64,000 bases of DNA from Azolla caroliniana (GCA_043228905.1 JBHGNT010000003.1:4092001-4156000); one strand, 5' to 3'. Shown: positions 8,944 through 21,000, numbered from the stretch's first letter. Numbers and translations are program-made. The notes: generated by a model not told the origin, from the sequence alone.

Positions 8944-11598
8944 ATGTCTTCTTCTACAAGTAGAACATCTCTTTTTTCTATTGCCCCCTTTTCATTGTCA
9001 GACAACTCGTATTTCTCAATAGAAGAGTACGACCACAAAAAACATTCGCGGCTTAAACAGAAAAGTGTGGCTCCTAGTACTTCGAATTCTCTATTTTCAA
9101 TTGATCCTGTTGATGGCCCTCTTCATGCAAGCTTACAAGCGGACGATTTTTCGTCGATAGATAACAATAGCATTACTAAACCTCTAGCATTTAAAAGAGT
9201 TCCTCGACAAGTTAGTGAAAAGAGATTTAATTTCTTATGTTCTGATCGTCAACTTCTATGCGACTTGAACAAATCGTGTTGTGCGAATCTCTGTCTATCA
9301 ACTTATGGAAAGTCAAGGTTACGTGAAACACGAAAAAAATACTTGTCGCTTAATGGGGAAGAGCAAGATACATTTCTTCTTTCGCATATGCAACTTAAAT
9401 TGGATCACAAAGCAGGGCCTAATTCAACGCAAGTTGAATATTTCCTTGGACTAAATACCAAGTGTTGTCGAGCAGCTTTTAAAATCACTCATAGCATTGG
9501 AAATATGCGGCTGCAACGAGTTCAAGAGCGACTTCTGAAGGGCTCCTGGGTACAGTTCGATCAAAATGGTTCTGGATGTAAGGGTCAAATTGGGCAACAG
9601 GCAATTAGGTGGATGGAGGTATATTTGTCAAAACAGTGCGAAGTTATGCCAACGACAAGAAGACTTCATTTGTCAGATAACTTTACTCGAAGGGAAGTTT
9701 ACCAATCGTACAAGGACGACATGTCTTCCGATGTTGAGCCTTACATACAGTACAGGCATTTTAATCGACTATGGAGGTTACAATTTAATAACGTGGTTAT
9801 CCCACGAAAGGTGCGAATGGGAGTCTGCTCAATATGTGTGAGTTTAAAAAGTATGGCCAAGGGTGGAAAATCAGATGTAGAGATCAAGAATTACAAGAAC
9901 CTATTAAAAGAACATCGTGAAAGTCAGGCATTGGAACGTACTAAGGCTATGCATCACCGACAAAAAGCGTTTCAATCTCCCGAAAAGTATATGTGCATGA
10001 TTATTGACGGCATGGATCAAAAGAAAACTTGTTTGCCGCATTTTCAAAGACTCCCCAAGGATATTGGAGATGAGTGTCTCGTGCAAATGCATCTAGTGGG
10101 TTGTTTGATATATTGTCAAACTATAAGACCGCAAGTGTTCTTAACTTATCCCAATATCCACAACGACCCTAATCTTACTGTCACTGTCATGCACAGGGTA
10201 TTGCAATCATGGTCAGGTATACTCCCGCCAGTTCTATATGTGCAACTAGACAACACAACAAGAGAGAATAAGAACTCAACTGTCTTCGGCTATCTAAGCA
10301 TGCTAGTAGAGAGGGGCATATTTAAAAAGATAAAGGTTAACTTCTTGTTGGTTGGTCATACCCATGATCACATAGATCAAATGTTCAGTAGGTTCTCAAA
10401 GAAACTTGCTCGTTGTAATGCTTTCACACTTCCCACGCTATCCAAATTGATTAGTGAAGCATATACACCAAAGCCTGAAGTACAACACTTGGAAGAAGTA
10501 TACGACTTTAAACGTTTCTGCATGGATAGTGACGGGACTAAAGGTAGGGTGCTTGCACCTCTTAATAATATAAGTTTCAACCATGTCTTCCTCATAAAAC
10601 AAAGATCGGCCCACCTCAAGATGACGGTGTTGTTTGCGAAACAATACTCATCTAGTGCACAATGGGAGCCCCAAGAAGGTTGTAGGCTCCTTCTTCATAT
10701 CCCAGATGAACCTCTACATGGTGCACAACAAATGCCATATGATGATCGTAAAAATGTAGCACCAAATAGTACTATTGATGAACAAAGGGCATATTGGTTG
10801 AGATGTCTAGCAGAGAAACAAAATAATATTGATCGGACTAAGAAGTATGCCGGTGATGAGGATGTTGAATGGTGGGAGATTTTCTTCACCCATCAACGCA
10901 CCATTTTAGATAATTACATCGCCGGTTTATGGCCAATCCGTATCCCATTCACATGGAACATTGGGATGACATCAACGATATCGCAGACTCATCACCAACA
11001 ATCGAATAATATGGAGCTTCATGATTTAGTTCGGCCACTGCAAAGAGATATTTATGTGGGACCAAGAAAGTCACGTACTGTTGAGGCAAGATGGCAAGGT
11101 AATTTGCAAGAACTACAAGTGGGAATGTTGGTTGCAACATTAGCAGGGGACGATACCTTGGGCCATCCATTTTGGATTGCAAAAATTATTGAATTAGTAA
11201 GGGATGAAGAAAGTAGTCAGACAAAGTCAATAGTAGTCCACTGGTATCAGACAACTTCACCTGATGCATTTACAGGAAAGTATTCTTTAGAGATGGTTAA
11301 GGATGTCGGATGTTCAAGCAGAAAGAGAAGAAGAAAGAATATACCGAGCACAGCTACTCTCGCACTAGACCGTGTTGACATACTAGTATATGACTTCTCA
11401 TTGACAAAATCAGGTCATCTAAGACAAGCAACTATCAAGATAATAAAGGAGAAAATCCCAAACATGGTGTCAAACGAAATACAGAGAATAACCAGAAGCA
11501 ATTCTCATAACCACAAAGATGTTGGGTTGGAATTGGATGAGGATAATGCTTTGATTGCCACGTCAGAATGCTCTTCTAGTCCATCAGACATGTCTTAA
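8944..11598 (+). CDS. Sola-like DDD transposase (DUF7869-type RNase H-like core) with a C-terminal BAH/Tudor-like domain, 884 aa
   Basis: Uninterrupted ORF inside the TIRs. Motifs are IIDGMDQKKT..P, YVQLDN..RENKN and FLLVGHTHDHIDQMFS, with Cys clusters CCANLC and CSIC. C-terminus reads LQVGMLVA..PFWIAKII..IVVHWY. The family assignment comes from recalled motifs plus the 4-bp TSD. Confidence 0.85.
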   Translation: MSSSTSRTSLFSIAPFSLSDNSYFSIEEYDHKKHSRLKQKSVAPSTSNSLFSIDPVDGPLHASLQADDFSSIDNNSITKPLAFKRVPRQVSEKRFNFLCSDRQLLCDLNKSCCANLCLSTYGKSRLRETRKKYLSLNGEEQDTFLLSHMQLKLDHKAGPNSTQVEYFLGLNTKCCRAAFKITHSIGNMRLQRVQERLLKGSWVQFDQNGSGCKGQIGQQAIRWMEVYLSKQCEVMPTTRRLHLSDNFTRREVYQSYKDDMSSDVEPYIQYRHFNRLWRLQFNNVVIPRKVRMGVCSICVSLKSMAKGGKSDVEIKNYKNLLKEHRESQALERTKAMHHRQKAFQSPEKYMCMIIDGMDQKKTCLPHFQRLPKDIGDECLVQMHLVGCLIYCQTIRPQVFLTYPNIHNDPNLTVTVMHRVLQSWSGILPPVLYVQLDNTTRENKNSTVFGYLSMLVERGIFKKIKVNFLLVGHTHDHIDQMFSRFSKKLARCNAFTLPTLSKLISEAYTPKPEVQHLEEVYDFKRFCMDSDGTKGRVLAPLNNISFNHVFLIKQRSAHLKMTVLFAKQYSSSAQWEPQEGCRLLLHIPDEPLHGAQQMPYDDRKNVAPNSTIDEQRAYWLRCLAEKQNNIDRTKKYAGDEDVEWWEIFFTHQRTILDNYIAGLWPIRIPFTWNIGMTSTISQTHHQQSNNMELHDLVRPLQRDIYVGPRKSRTVEARWQGNLQELQVGMLVATLAGDDTLGHPFWIAKIIELVRDEESSQTKSIVVHWYQTTSPDAFTGKYSLEMVKDVGCSSRKRRRKNIPSTATLALDRVDILVYDFSLTKSGHLRQATIKIIKEKIPNMVSNEIQRITRSNSHNHKDVGLELDEDNALIATSECSSSPSDMS

Positions 11599-11892
11599 CA
11601 TATTGGTTTGGTTCAAGCTGGGGATTGTTTTACTACATGATCGGAAACTTTGTAAATTTGTTTTGGATGTAAACTCATGAATATGTATAATTGTAACTGG
11701 TAGACATGTTGTACATTATTTTGTAATTTTGGTGATGTATTTTTGGAGGCATTTTACTTATGCCTCAAAGTGGTAGTCATGTTGAAATTCAATATATTTT
11801 GCCACCTTTTCTGAAAAGCTTTACGCATGCGTCGTGTCTTTTTGAAAACTGCGTGCTTTTGTGCCCTTTTTCGACGTAGTGTTCTCATAATG

Positions 11893-11925
11893 CGACATAT
11901 TACCTGTTTCAAATGACCCGGTGTT
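11893..11925 (-). repeat. Right terminal inverted repeat (33 bp)
   Basis: CGACATATTACCTGTTTCAAATGACCCGGTGTT, followed by the TSD AGAA. Confidence 0.95.
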
Positions 11926-13066
11926 AGAACCTTAAATCCAAGTTCGCATCTCTTGAAGTAGAGAATCAACGTCTACTTGGGGATCTACAAAAGGTTATTA
12001 TAGAGAAGCAACAACAACAAGAGGAGTTCACGCGACGAGTGCAACAGTTAGAGTCGACAATTGTAGTGTTACAACAACAAAGGGTTGAAGGTCATGGACT
12101 TATCAAGGAGCCCAAAATTAGCCTCCCAGCTAAATTTGATGGGTTCAGGGCGCATTTCCGAGGTTTCTTGAATCAACTATAGTTGGTGATTCAAATGCAT
12201 CCCGCGCGTTATCCAACAGATGCATTACGAGTCGGGCTAGTGGGCACCTTATTGACTGGCATAGCGTTGTCGTGGTTTGCTCCATTGCTAGAGACCAATT
12301 CTCCTCTACTAAATAATTTCGAGGAATTTATCAAGGAATTTAAGGCTTGTTTCGGAGATACCGATGGGGCAAGAACAACTATCAACAAGATTCGTACACT
12401 TCGTCAAGGTGATCAACCAACATCGACATATGTTGCCAATTTCCATCTCATCGCAAGCGATATTCCTTGGGATGAACAAGCCCTAATGGAGCAATTCCGT
12501 TCAGGCCTTCGTAGTGATGTCAAAGACTTACTTCTTACCGTCCCCGAGGATCCAAGGTCGCTTACAGAAGCTATTAATCGAGCAATATGGTGTGATAATC
12601 GCCTTTTTGAGCGTCGATGTGAGCGACAACAACAAATAACAAGATCAAGATTCACACCAACTTATGCATCAGTCACGGCGCAATCATCCCCAAGGCTAAT
12701 GTATAGCCCTGCTCCAACTCCAAGGCAAACAGGTAGTCCAGTCCCAATGGATAGTCCTGCACCCATGGAGATCAATATGACTCAACGACGAGGACCGTTG
12801 TCAGACGAAGAGAAGCAACGTCGTCGAGCAAACCATCTGTGCTTATATTGCGGAGGTCCAGGACATATAGCCATTCATTGCTCTCGTAGGCCGAGACGTC
12901 AGGTAAATCAAATTCACTATGACAATAAAAATGAGTCCAACATTTTAGAAGCAGTTAGTGAATCTAATATTATGAATAATCCACCCTTGTCCAATAAATT
13001 TGAAGTCCTAAGCCAATTAGAAGAGGATTCAAACGAATAAGTCCGGCCAAAATAGGAGCCATTTGG

Positions 13067-16000
13067 TTGGCGAACCCTAGATATGTGCAACCTAGTGTGG
13101 GTTCCATTTCTTCCAAGCATGTTAGTAGAGCCTTCACAGCCCTAGTACAAGTTAGGACACCCAGTTGTCAACTTCTAGTCCAAGCCCTCTTAGATACTGG
13201 AGCCAATTCTTATTTCATGAATAGAGATTTTGCCCAAAAACACCAAATATCCTTGCATACACTTCCTTGTCTAGTTTCTGTAGTAGTGATTGATGGACAC
13301 CCCATAGCTTCCGGGAAGAGTTTTGAAGAGTGTGAGCCAATACACATACTCTTGGGTGATTTAGTCCAATGTGTAGTTTCCTTTAACATAATCCGTAGCC
13401 CTGAGCATCCAATTGTTCTCGGTTTGCCATGGTTCGAGCTACATAACCCTAGAATCGATTGGAGGAAGCGAGAAATTAGGTGCCCTTTAGTAGAAAATAT
13501 CATTGTCAAGGATCGAACTCAGGATTATCCTCCTAAAGTATATAGTTCTACCGATGCACCATATCCTTCTCATCAAATTTCAGCCATCACATTGCAACAA
13601 TTGCGCCAACTAGGAGGCAAGGAGGACCTTTTCTTATTTGCAATATCAGTGACACCTTCTAGTGTCACTCAAGGGAATTCAGACATCCAAATTCCCAAAA
13701 AATATCAAGCCTATGCTGATGTTTTCGACAAAGTCAAAGCTAGTGTTCTTCCAAAGCATCGGTCGTACGACTGTCCTATTGATCTCCAACCAGGAAAAGA
13801 GCCACCGTGGGGTCCGATTTACAATTTATCACCCACTGAGCTTGAGTTTCTTCGAGAATACATCGAGGAGAATCTTGCACATGGGTTTATTCGACATTCA
13901 AAGTCTCCAGCTGGTGCTCCTATCTTTATTGTGAAGAAAAAGGACGACTCCCTTCGTTTAGTCGTGGACTATCGAGGCTTAAATAAAGTCACCATAAGGA
14001 ATAGGTATGCTTTACCTTTAATCTCCAATCTCTTAGAATGCATTGGTGGGGCAAAGCATTTTACCAAAATTGATCTAAGGGGTGCATATAATTTTGTTTG
14101 AATTCGACCGGGAGATGAGTGGAAAACAACATTTCGTACTCGGTATGGTCATTTCGAGTATACAGTCTTGCCTTTCGGGCTCACAAATGCACCTGCAGTA
14201 TTCCAACATATGGCAAATGACATCTTCCGGGATTTCTTGGATATTTTTCTAATCATCTACCTAGATGATCTATTGATTTACTCTAAAACGCAGGGGGAGC
14301 ATGATATACATGTGCGGCAAGTACTTGAATGCCTAAGGAAGTATGGTCTTTATGCCAAACTTGAGAAATGCAGTTTTGATTGCAAACAAGTCGAATTTTT
14401 GGGATACACTATTTCATCCCAGCGTGTTTTCATGGACCCGACAAAAGTCCAAACAATATTGGAATGGAAACCCCCATGCTCAGTAACTTCGGGATGTCCA
14501 GTGTTTCCTCGGATTTGCGAACTTCTATCGCAAATTCATACATAATTATTCAAGCATTCTGTTGCCCCTTACTCAACTCACCAAGAAAAATCAAGCATTT
14601 TTTTGGAGTATCGAAACGGACAAGGCTTTTACGCAGCTGAAAGAGGCATTCACATCAGCACCCATCCTAGCACATATTGATCCTGAAAAGCCATTTACTA
14701 TTGAGGCGGATGCATCAAAATTTGCATTGGGGAGTATCCTATCGCAACCAGGCGAGGACGGGCAGACACGTCCAGTCGCGTTTCACTCGAGAAAATTTAC
14801 TGTTTCGGAGATAAACTATGAGGTGCATGACAAGGAGTTACTAGTTGTGGTCGACTCATTCGAGCTTGCGTCATTTTCTAGAAGGATCACCTCATCAGAT
14901 AATCATTTATAGTGATCACAAAAATCTCACATATTTTCAAATAGCTCGAGTATTAAATAGATGACAAGCTCGGTGGGCCCAATTTCTAACGCGTTTCGAT
15001 TTCAAGATCATTTTTCGCCCCGGAAAACAACAAGGGAAAACAAATGCTCTTTCTCAGCATTCGTATCTAGCACTTCGACCTGGAGATCCGGCCTTTGACA
15101 ATCAAAAGAAAATTCTCCTCGGGCCATGAAAGCTACAAGTAACAACAATTTATGCCACGCCACTTGATTCTACCCTTCTTCACAATATTCGGCAACAACT
15201 TCATTCGGATGATTTCGCTAAGGATGTCTTAGCCCACTGTGGTTCAAGTCGTCCATCTTGCTCCACATTGCCAGGGTCATCTCAACATTATCAGAACTTC
15301 AAGTGGAAAGATTGCTTACTCTTCTACAAGAATCTCCTTTACGTCCCCGACGGATCACCCCGACTTCAAGTGTTGGAACATTGTCATGATGCCCCCATGG
15401 CTGTACATTTTGGTATTTCCAAGACCATTGAGCCGGTGAAACGTTCGTTTTGGTGGCCTCACTTGCAAAAATTTGTCAAAGTTTATGTTTGCACTTGTGA
15501 CACCTGTTGTCGCGCCAAAATACCCCGGCATCACCCTTATGGCTTACTACAACCATTACCCCCTCCCAACAAGCCATGGCAGTCTATTTCTATGAATTTC
15601 ATTACAAATCTGCCACCTTCCAAAGGCTTTGATACTATTTTAACAGTAGTGGGTAAGTTCACCAAGATGGCACATTTTGTACCATGTGTAAAGACCATCA
15701 ATAGTGAAGAAACTGCAGATCTCATTATGCGTGAAGTGTTTCGCCATCATGGTCTCCCGAATGATATTATTAGCAATCGAGGTCCTCAATTTATCTCACA
15801 CTTTTGGAAGCATCTATGGGCAGGTCTCAAAATCTCTTGCAAACTCTCTTCGGCTTATCATCCACAAACTGTCGGACAAACAGAGCGCACAAATCAAACG
15901 CTCGAGCAATATCTTAGATGTTTCATTAGTTATCAACAAGATGATTGGAGTAATATTTTACATCTTGCCGAGTTTGCATACAACAACAGGGTCCACTCTT

Positions 16001-16701
16001 CTACCAAAGTTACACCTTTCTTTGCCTACACCGGCAACCACCCTCGATGGTGTATACTGGATCTTCCCAAGGTGTCACGAAACCCTAGTGCGGCGCATCA
16101 CCTCCACCGACTACAACAAATCCAGTTCGAGTTATCGTCACATCTTCAAAAAGCACAAGCACACCATAAGACCAATGCCAATCGACATCGTCTTAAGTCT
16201 CTATTTAAGGTTGGTGACCATGTATGGTTGCTTCGTCGTCACATCAAGACTACTCGACCGTGTGCTAAGTTTGACTATCAACGCTTAGGTCCTTTTGTCA
16301 TCACGGCGCAGATTAATGATGCAACATTTCGTCTTAACCTTCCTGCACATATGCGGCTTCACCCTGTCTTTCATAGCTCTCTTTTGGAACCTTGCCGCAC
16401 CTCTTTAATTCCTAATCGTGTCGTGCCACCACCTCCTTCTGTACAACTTGTGGACGGCCCCGAATACGAGGTAGCTGCTATTCTCGATTCTAAGATTGTG
16501 CGCAATAAGCTTTATTATCTAGTTGATTGGCTTGGCTATCCTCCGAGTGATCGCACTTGGGAACTCATCGATAACGTTTGTAATGTTGAAGCTCTGGTCA
16601 ACGACTTCCATCGTCACTATCCAAACAAACCCGGCCCAACAATGTTAACGTCGACTTCCACTCGGCGTTCTCGAAGGAGGGATAGTGTCATGAACACATG
16701 A
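13067..16701 (+). pseudogene. pol: Gypsy Pol (PR-RT-RH-INT-chromodomain), broken by stops and frameshifts
   Basis: ORF fragments 13067-14101, 14168-14545, 14562-14912 and 15268-16701. Motifs LLDTGA, LRLVVDYRGLN, YLDD, ADASKFALG, GQTERTNQTLE, and chromodomain EYEVAAILDS..YYLVDWLGY..RTWE. Confidence 0.93.
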
Positions 16702-17025
16702 CCATTATGGCGTCACCCGAACTTGAACCTCGAACCTTGTAATCCATACTTGAAAACCTCAACCATTAAGATAGCTTATTGTTATATGAAACAATAAAAG
16801 CTACTTCTTGTATTACATTGATTATTGTAAAAACTCTAGATTATTCTAGAATGTCCTAGAGCATTCTAGGTCTAGAACATTCTAGAACATTCTAGAAATC
16901 TCTAAGCTATTCTATAGGAACCTGTAAATAAGGGCATACATGCATTCTCAAATCAATTCGAATTAACACCAGTCTTTAGCTCTCATTACATATCTTGTAT
17001 CCATTCTCTTTCTTTCTCGGTTCTA
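16686..17025 (+). repeat. Downstream (3') LTR of the gypsy element
   Basis: Starts TGTCATG right after the PPT and ends ..CTCGGTTCTA, similar to the ..CTTGGTTCTAACA end of the upstream LTR. It is fused to an inverted LTR fragment. Confidence 0.75.
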
Positions 17026-17190
17026 GAATAATCTAGAATGTTCTAGAATATTCTAATATCTTGTAATAACTAGAAACATAATTATTATAATCACACAACA
17101 TATATGTTATTACAATGGTTAAGGGTTCAACACATAGACCAAGAAGTCGTGGGTTCGATTCTTGATAACCAAAATGTTGTCTTCATGACA
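17021..17190 (-). repeat. Inverted 5' fragment of a related gypsy LTR
   Basis: The minus strand starts TGTCATGAAGAC at 17190. It has the same TTCTAGAA-rich block and tRNA-like module as the 16686 LTR. Confidence 0.7.
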
Positions 17191-18005
17191 GTTGGTTCCT
17201 TTCGATTGATGTACACTTCGGTTAGTATCCGGTTCGGACGATCTCCAATGTCCGCTTCGGCTCGTACCCGGTTCGGACGGTATCCGGTTCTCGCTTGTAC
17301 TCCCCCTCAAGCTTGGCAAGTCAGGGATCATCAATCCAAGGCCTGACATGAATTGCCGAAGCTTGTCGGCTCCAAGGGCTTTCGTGAAGCTGTCGGTTGT
17401 TTGAAGATTCGTGTTGATGTGTAGAAAATCGACATATCCAGCCTAAACACGCTCTCCACTGAAGTGATAACGTACTTCAATATGCTTTATGCGCCGATTT
17501 GATAAAGATATTGCGTAATCTTCGAATGCCAAGCATGCGATGCTTGCTTGAGGCCATAGAGTGGCTTCTTGAGTTGCCACACGGCTCTAGGATGAATGCG
17601 CGATTTGAAGCCGGGAGGTTGTACCATGTACACCTCCTCTTCTAATTCTTCTTAAAGAAAGGCGTTCTTTACATCCTTTCGCTGATGCGAGTGCAATTAT
17701 GGTCCGCACAATCGTCATCTTTGCCACTAGGGCAAATGTCTCTTTATAGTCGACTCCATGCGTCTGAGTGTATCCTTTCACTACGAGTCGAGCTTTGTAA
17801 CGGTTTACGGAGCCATCGGCATTATACTTCACCTTGTAGATCCATCTACAGCCAATTGCCTTCTTGTGCGGTGAGTGGGGAATGAGATCCCATGTCTCAT
17901 TCTTGGAGAGTGCTTGCATCTCCTCATTCATCGCTTCAACCGATCTAGGCTCCTTTGCGGCTTTGGAAAACTTTCCGGCTCTCGTACTGTCGTTACCTTC
18001 ATAAA
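17191..18005 (-). mobile_element. Deleted Ty1/copia remnant (RT/RH fragments), outermost host of the copia nest; continues at 28521-28580
   Basis: AMNEEMQALSKNETWDL..KKAIGCRWIYKVKYNADGSVNRYKARLV. The YHYAF|MKVTTVREPE sequence is rejoined across the 18009-28515 insertion. Confidence 0.8.
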
Positions 18006-21000
18006 AAATGTTACAAAGGCACTCCGGCTCTTCTTTGTGCACAACGGATCGTGATGTGCTAGATCGTTTAGTGCTCAAGATAGAAAGGGAAAGGAAAGGA
18101 GACTTACCTCTCTGTAGCAAACCAGAAAACTTCTTCTATTTCATTACATGCAGAGCTCAACTCGCTCTCGTCTGTTTTCTGTTCTTCTTCTACTCTCACT
18201 CTTACAACTTTTTTCTACTTACTTTTTACCTAAGTTATAAGCGACTTGTATATGCAACTAATTAGTTGTCTGTACCTAAATAGTTGTGCATAGCTAAATA
18301 ATTGTTTCACCTTTATGTCCACTAGTAGCTAATTAGCTAATAGCTACTATAGCTTATTTCTCAATAAGCATCAAATACCTTTGTTGAGCTTGCTTCTCAA
18401 CACTCCCTCTCAAGCTCAACTTATCCTTTCTTAGGATCATGTTCAATCTTCTTTTCTTCATGCTTTTAAGCTACCATGCCGATGGTTATAATTCCCATCA
18501 TGTCTTTAAATCGTGTATGTTTTTCCATGCTCAATCCCTTCGTAAGAATATCAACCACTTGCTGATTTGTACTTACATACAACAAATCCACTTCTCCATC
18601 AATCACTTTTTCTCGAAGAAAGTGATAATGCACTTCAATGTGCTTTGTTCTTACATGGAACACTGGGTTTTTTGCCAGTTGAATGTTGCTAATATTGTCA
18701 CACCAAATTGTGAGTGCACCATCTATATACTCTCCCAAATCAGAAAGCAATATTCTGATCCATACCTCTTCACAAGTGGCTATTGCAGCTCCTCTATATT
18801 CAGCTTCAATACTTGATAATGCAACAGTAGCTTGTTTCTTGCTACTCCATGAAATAGCTGCACTTCCCAATGTAAACATATATCCACTTGTGGATCTTCT
18901 ATCAGTTTGGATTCCAACCCAATCAACATCTGTATATCCTTCCAGCTTTATGTCCAAATCAGCCCTGTAAAACAATCCATAATTTTGAGTAGCTTTTACA
19001 TACCTCAAAATTCTTCTTATACAGTCCAAATGTGGCTTTGTTGGCTGTTGCATAAACTGGTTGACTAATCCAACAATGCCAAGAAAGTATCTCAACTCTC
19101 CCAAGTCTTTCATATGAAATTGCATTTCCAGATTTTTTTTCAGCTTCCTTCTTTCATCCATAGAATCACCTCCGATGATTAAATCATCAACATAAATCAA
19201 AATAACAACAATGCAATCATTTATCCTTTTTAAATACAATGATGGATCAGCCTTTGACATTTTGAAAGCAAATTGTTTTAGAGATTCTGAAAGTTCTTTA
19301 TGCCATTCTTTCGGTGCTTGTTTCAATCCATAGAGATCCTTTTTCAGCCTACAGACATATTCTGGATGCTTCTTATCTTCAAAACCTGGTGGTTGACACA
19401 TGTATACTTCCTCTTCCAAGTTACCATGTAAAAAACATTTTTTACATCCATATGGTGCAGAACCCATCTTTTGACTGCACTCACAGCAAGTAGTGTCCTC
19501 AGTGTTGCCATCTTTGCAACCGGTGTAAATGGAACAAATGTTCCATCGTAATGAATTCCATGCATCTGGGCATATCCCTTTGCCACAAGTCTTGCTTTAT
19601 ATCTACTAACATTTTCATTGGAATCATGCTTTGTCTTGTAGTCCCATTTGCAACCTACAACATATTTTTCTTTTGGTAACTTCACCAAATCCCATGTTTT
19701 GTTTTCAACCAATGCATCTATTTCTTCTTGCATTGCATTCACCCATTTCTTATCAGATTTTGCTTCATCAAAACTATTTGGATCAGGGATTTGTACCACT
19801 TTAGACATGTATGCATAACCAAATCTTTCAATAGTCTTTTTCTCTCTATCTGATCTTCTCAGTTTCTCATTTGCATCCTTCATTGCTTTTTCCATACCAA
19901 GGATTTTCAAGGCTCCTATACCAAGCTCATTATCCAATGGTGTATCTGAATCTAGACCGATCATCAAGCATTTCATATTCTAGCATCTTCTGTTTTCCTT
20001 CTTTATCATCATATTTTTTGTCTTGCATTTTTTCCACTCCATGCATTAGATTCAGATTTACTACCTAAGCTTCCAGATGGTCCAGTACATTCCATTGATG
20101 TGGAATTTTGTTGTCCATTGTTTCCATCTCCATGGCAATCTCTTCCATTTAAGATTTTTCTCTGTCTTCATTTTCACATTTTTCATCAGTTTCTACATTC
20201 TGTTTTGGTTGTACCAGCTACACAACTCATCAGATATTACATCCCGACTTACCACAATCTTTTTTGTCAAAGGGTTATAACATCTATACCCTTTTTGCTC
20301 CTCTGAATATCCAACAAAAATACATTTTTTAGCTTTTGGATCAAGCTTACTTCTCACTTTAGCAGGTACATGAACATAGGCAAGGCATCCAAACACTTTT
20401 AAGTGTCCTAAACTAGGTTTCCTTCCATAGAAACATTCTTCAAGAGTTACTTCATGTACTGCAGATGTTATACATCTATTTAGAATAAAGTTTGTTGTGT
20501 TTACAACTTTTGCCCAGTAATACAATGGCATATTTTTTTCAGTCATCATGGCTCTTGCTATGTTCACCAAAGTTCTGTTTTTTCTCTCAGCAACTCCATT
20601 TTGTTGTGGGGTATATCTACATGTAAACTATCTCCTTATTCCTTGATTGCATAGAAAAACAGAAAATTCAATTGAGAAGTATTCTCCTCCTCCATCAGAT
20701 CTTAAACATTTTATTCTAGTTCTAGCCTGCTTTTCTACCATGCATTTAAACTTACGAAAGTAATCAAATACTTCACTTTTCTCTTTCATGAAGTAAACCC
20801 ATGTTTTCCTTGAGCAATCATCAATAAATGTTACATAAAACTTACATCCACTAATTGATGAATTTTTTGTTGGTTCCCATACATCTCTATGTACGAAATC
20901 TAACAAATTTTTCTTACATGTCTTTCATGAGGGAAAGGCAACCTATTTTGCTTTCCATATTGGCATGCTTCACATATTTTGCTCATCTCACAATCTTTCA

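Larger units (their letters stand above)
4211..11925. mobile_element. 7.7-kb TIR DNA transposon (Sola-like) carrying a transposase plus a ParB-methyltransferase gene
   Basis: Left TIR AACACCGAGTCATTTGAAACAGGTAATATGTCG (4211-4243) matches the reverse complement of 11893-11925 (AACACCGGGTCATTTGAAACAGGTAATATGTCG) with 1 mismatch. AGAA is duplicated at 4207-4210 and 11926-11929, and the host gag frame is restored on excision. Confidence 0.95.
4158..13040 (+). pseudogene. gag: Gypsy Gag, split by the 4211-11925 transposon (segments 4158-4210 and 11930-13040)
   Basis: Removing the insert and one TSD gives MAAINSEEYLTLVAKMENLKSKFASLEVENQRLL...EPKISLPAKFDG.... There is one internal TAG at 12180 and a CLYCGGPGHIAIHC zinc knuckle. 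Confidence 0.9.
3189..17025 (+). mobile_element. Ty3/gypsy chromovirus LTR retrotransposon (Tcn1/Tf1-sushi-like), degenerate, interrupted in gag by a DNA transposon
   Basis: Upstream LTR at 3189-4079, gag from 4158 continuing at 11930, pol with PR (LLDTGA), RT (YLDD), RH, INT and a chromodomain. Polypurine tract GAAGGAGGGATAG precedes the downstream LTR, which starts TGTCATG at 16686. Confidence 0.85.
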
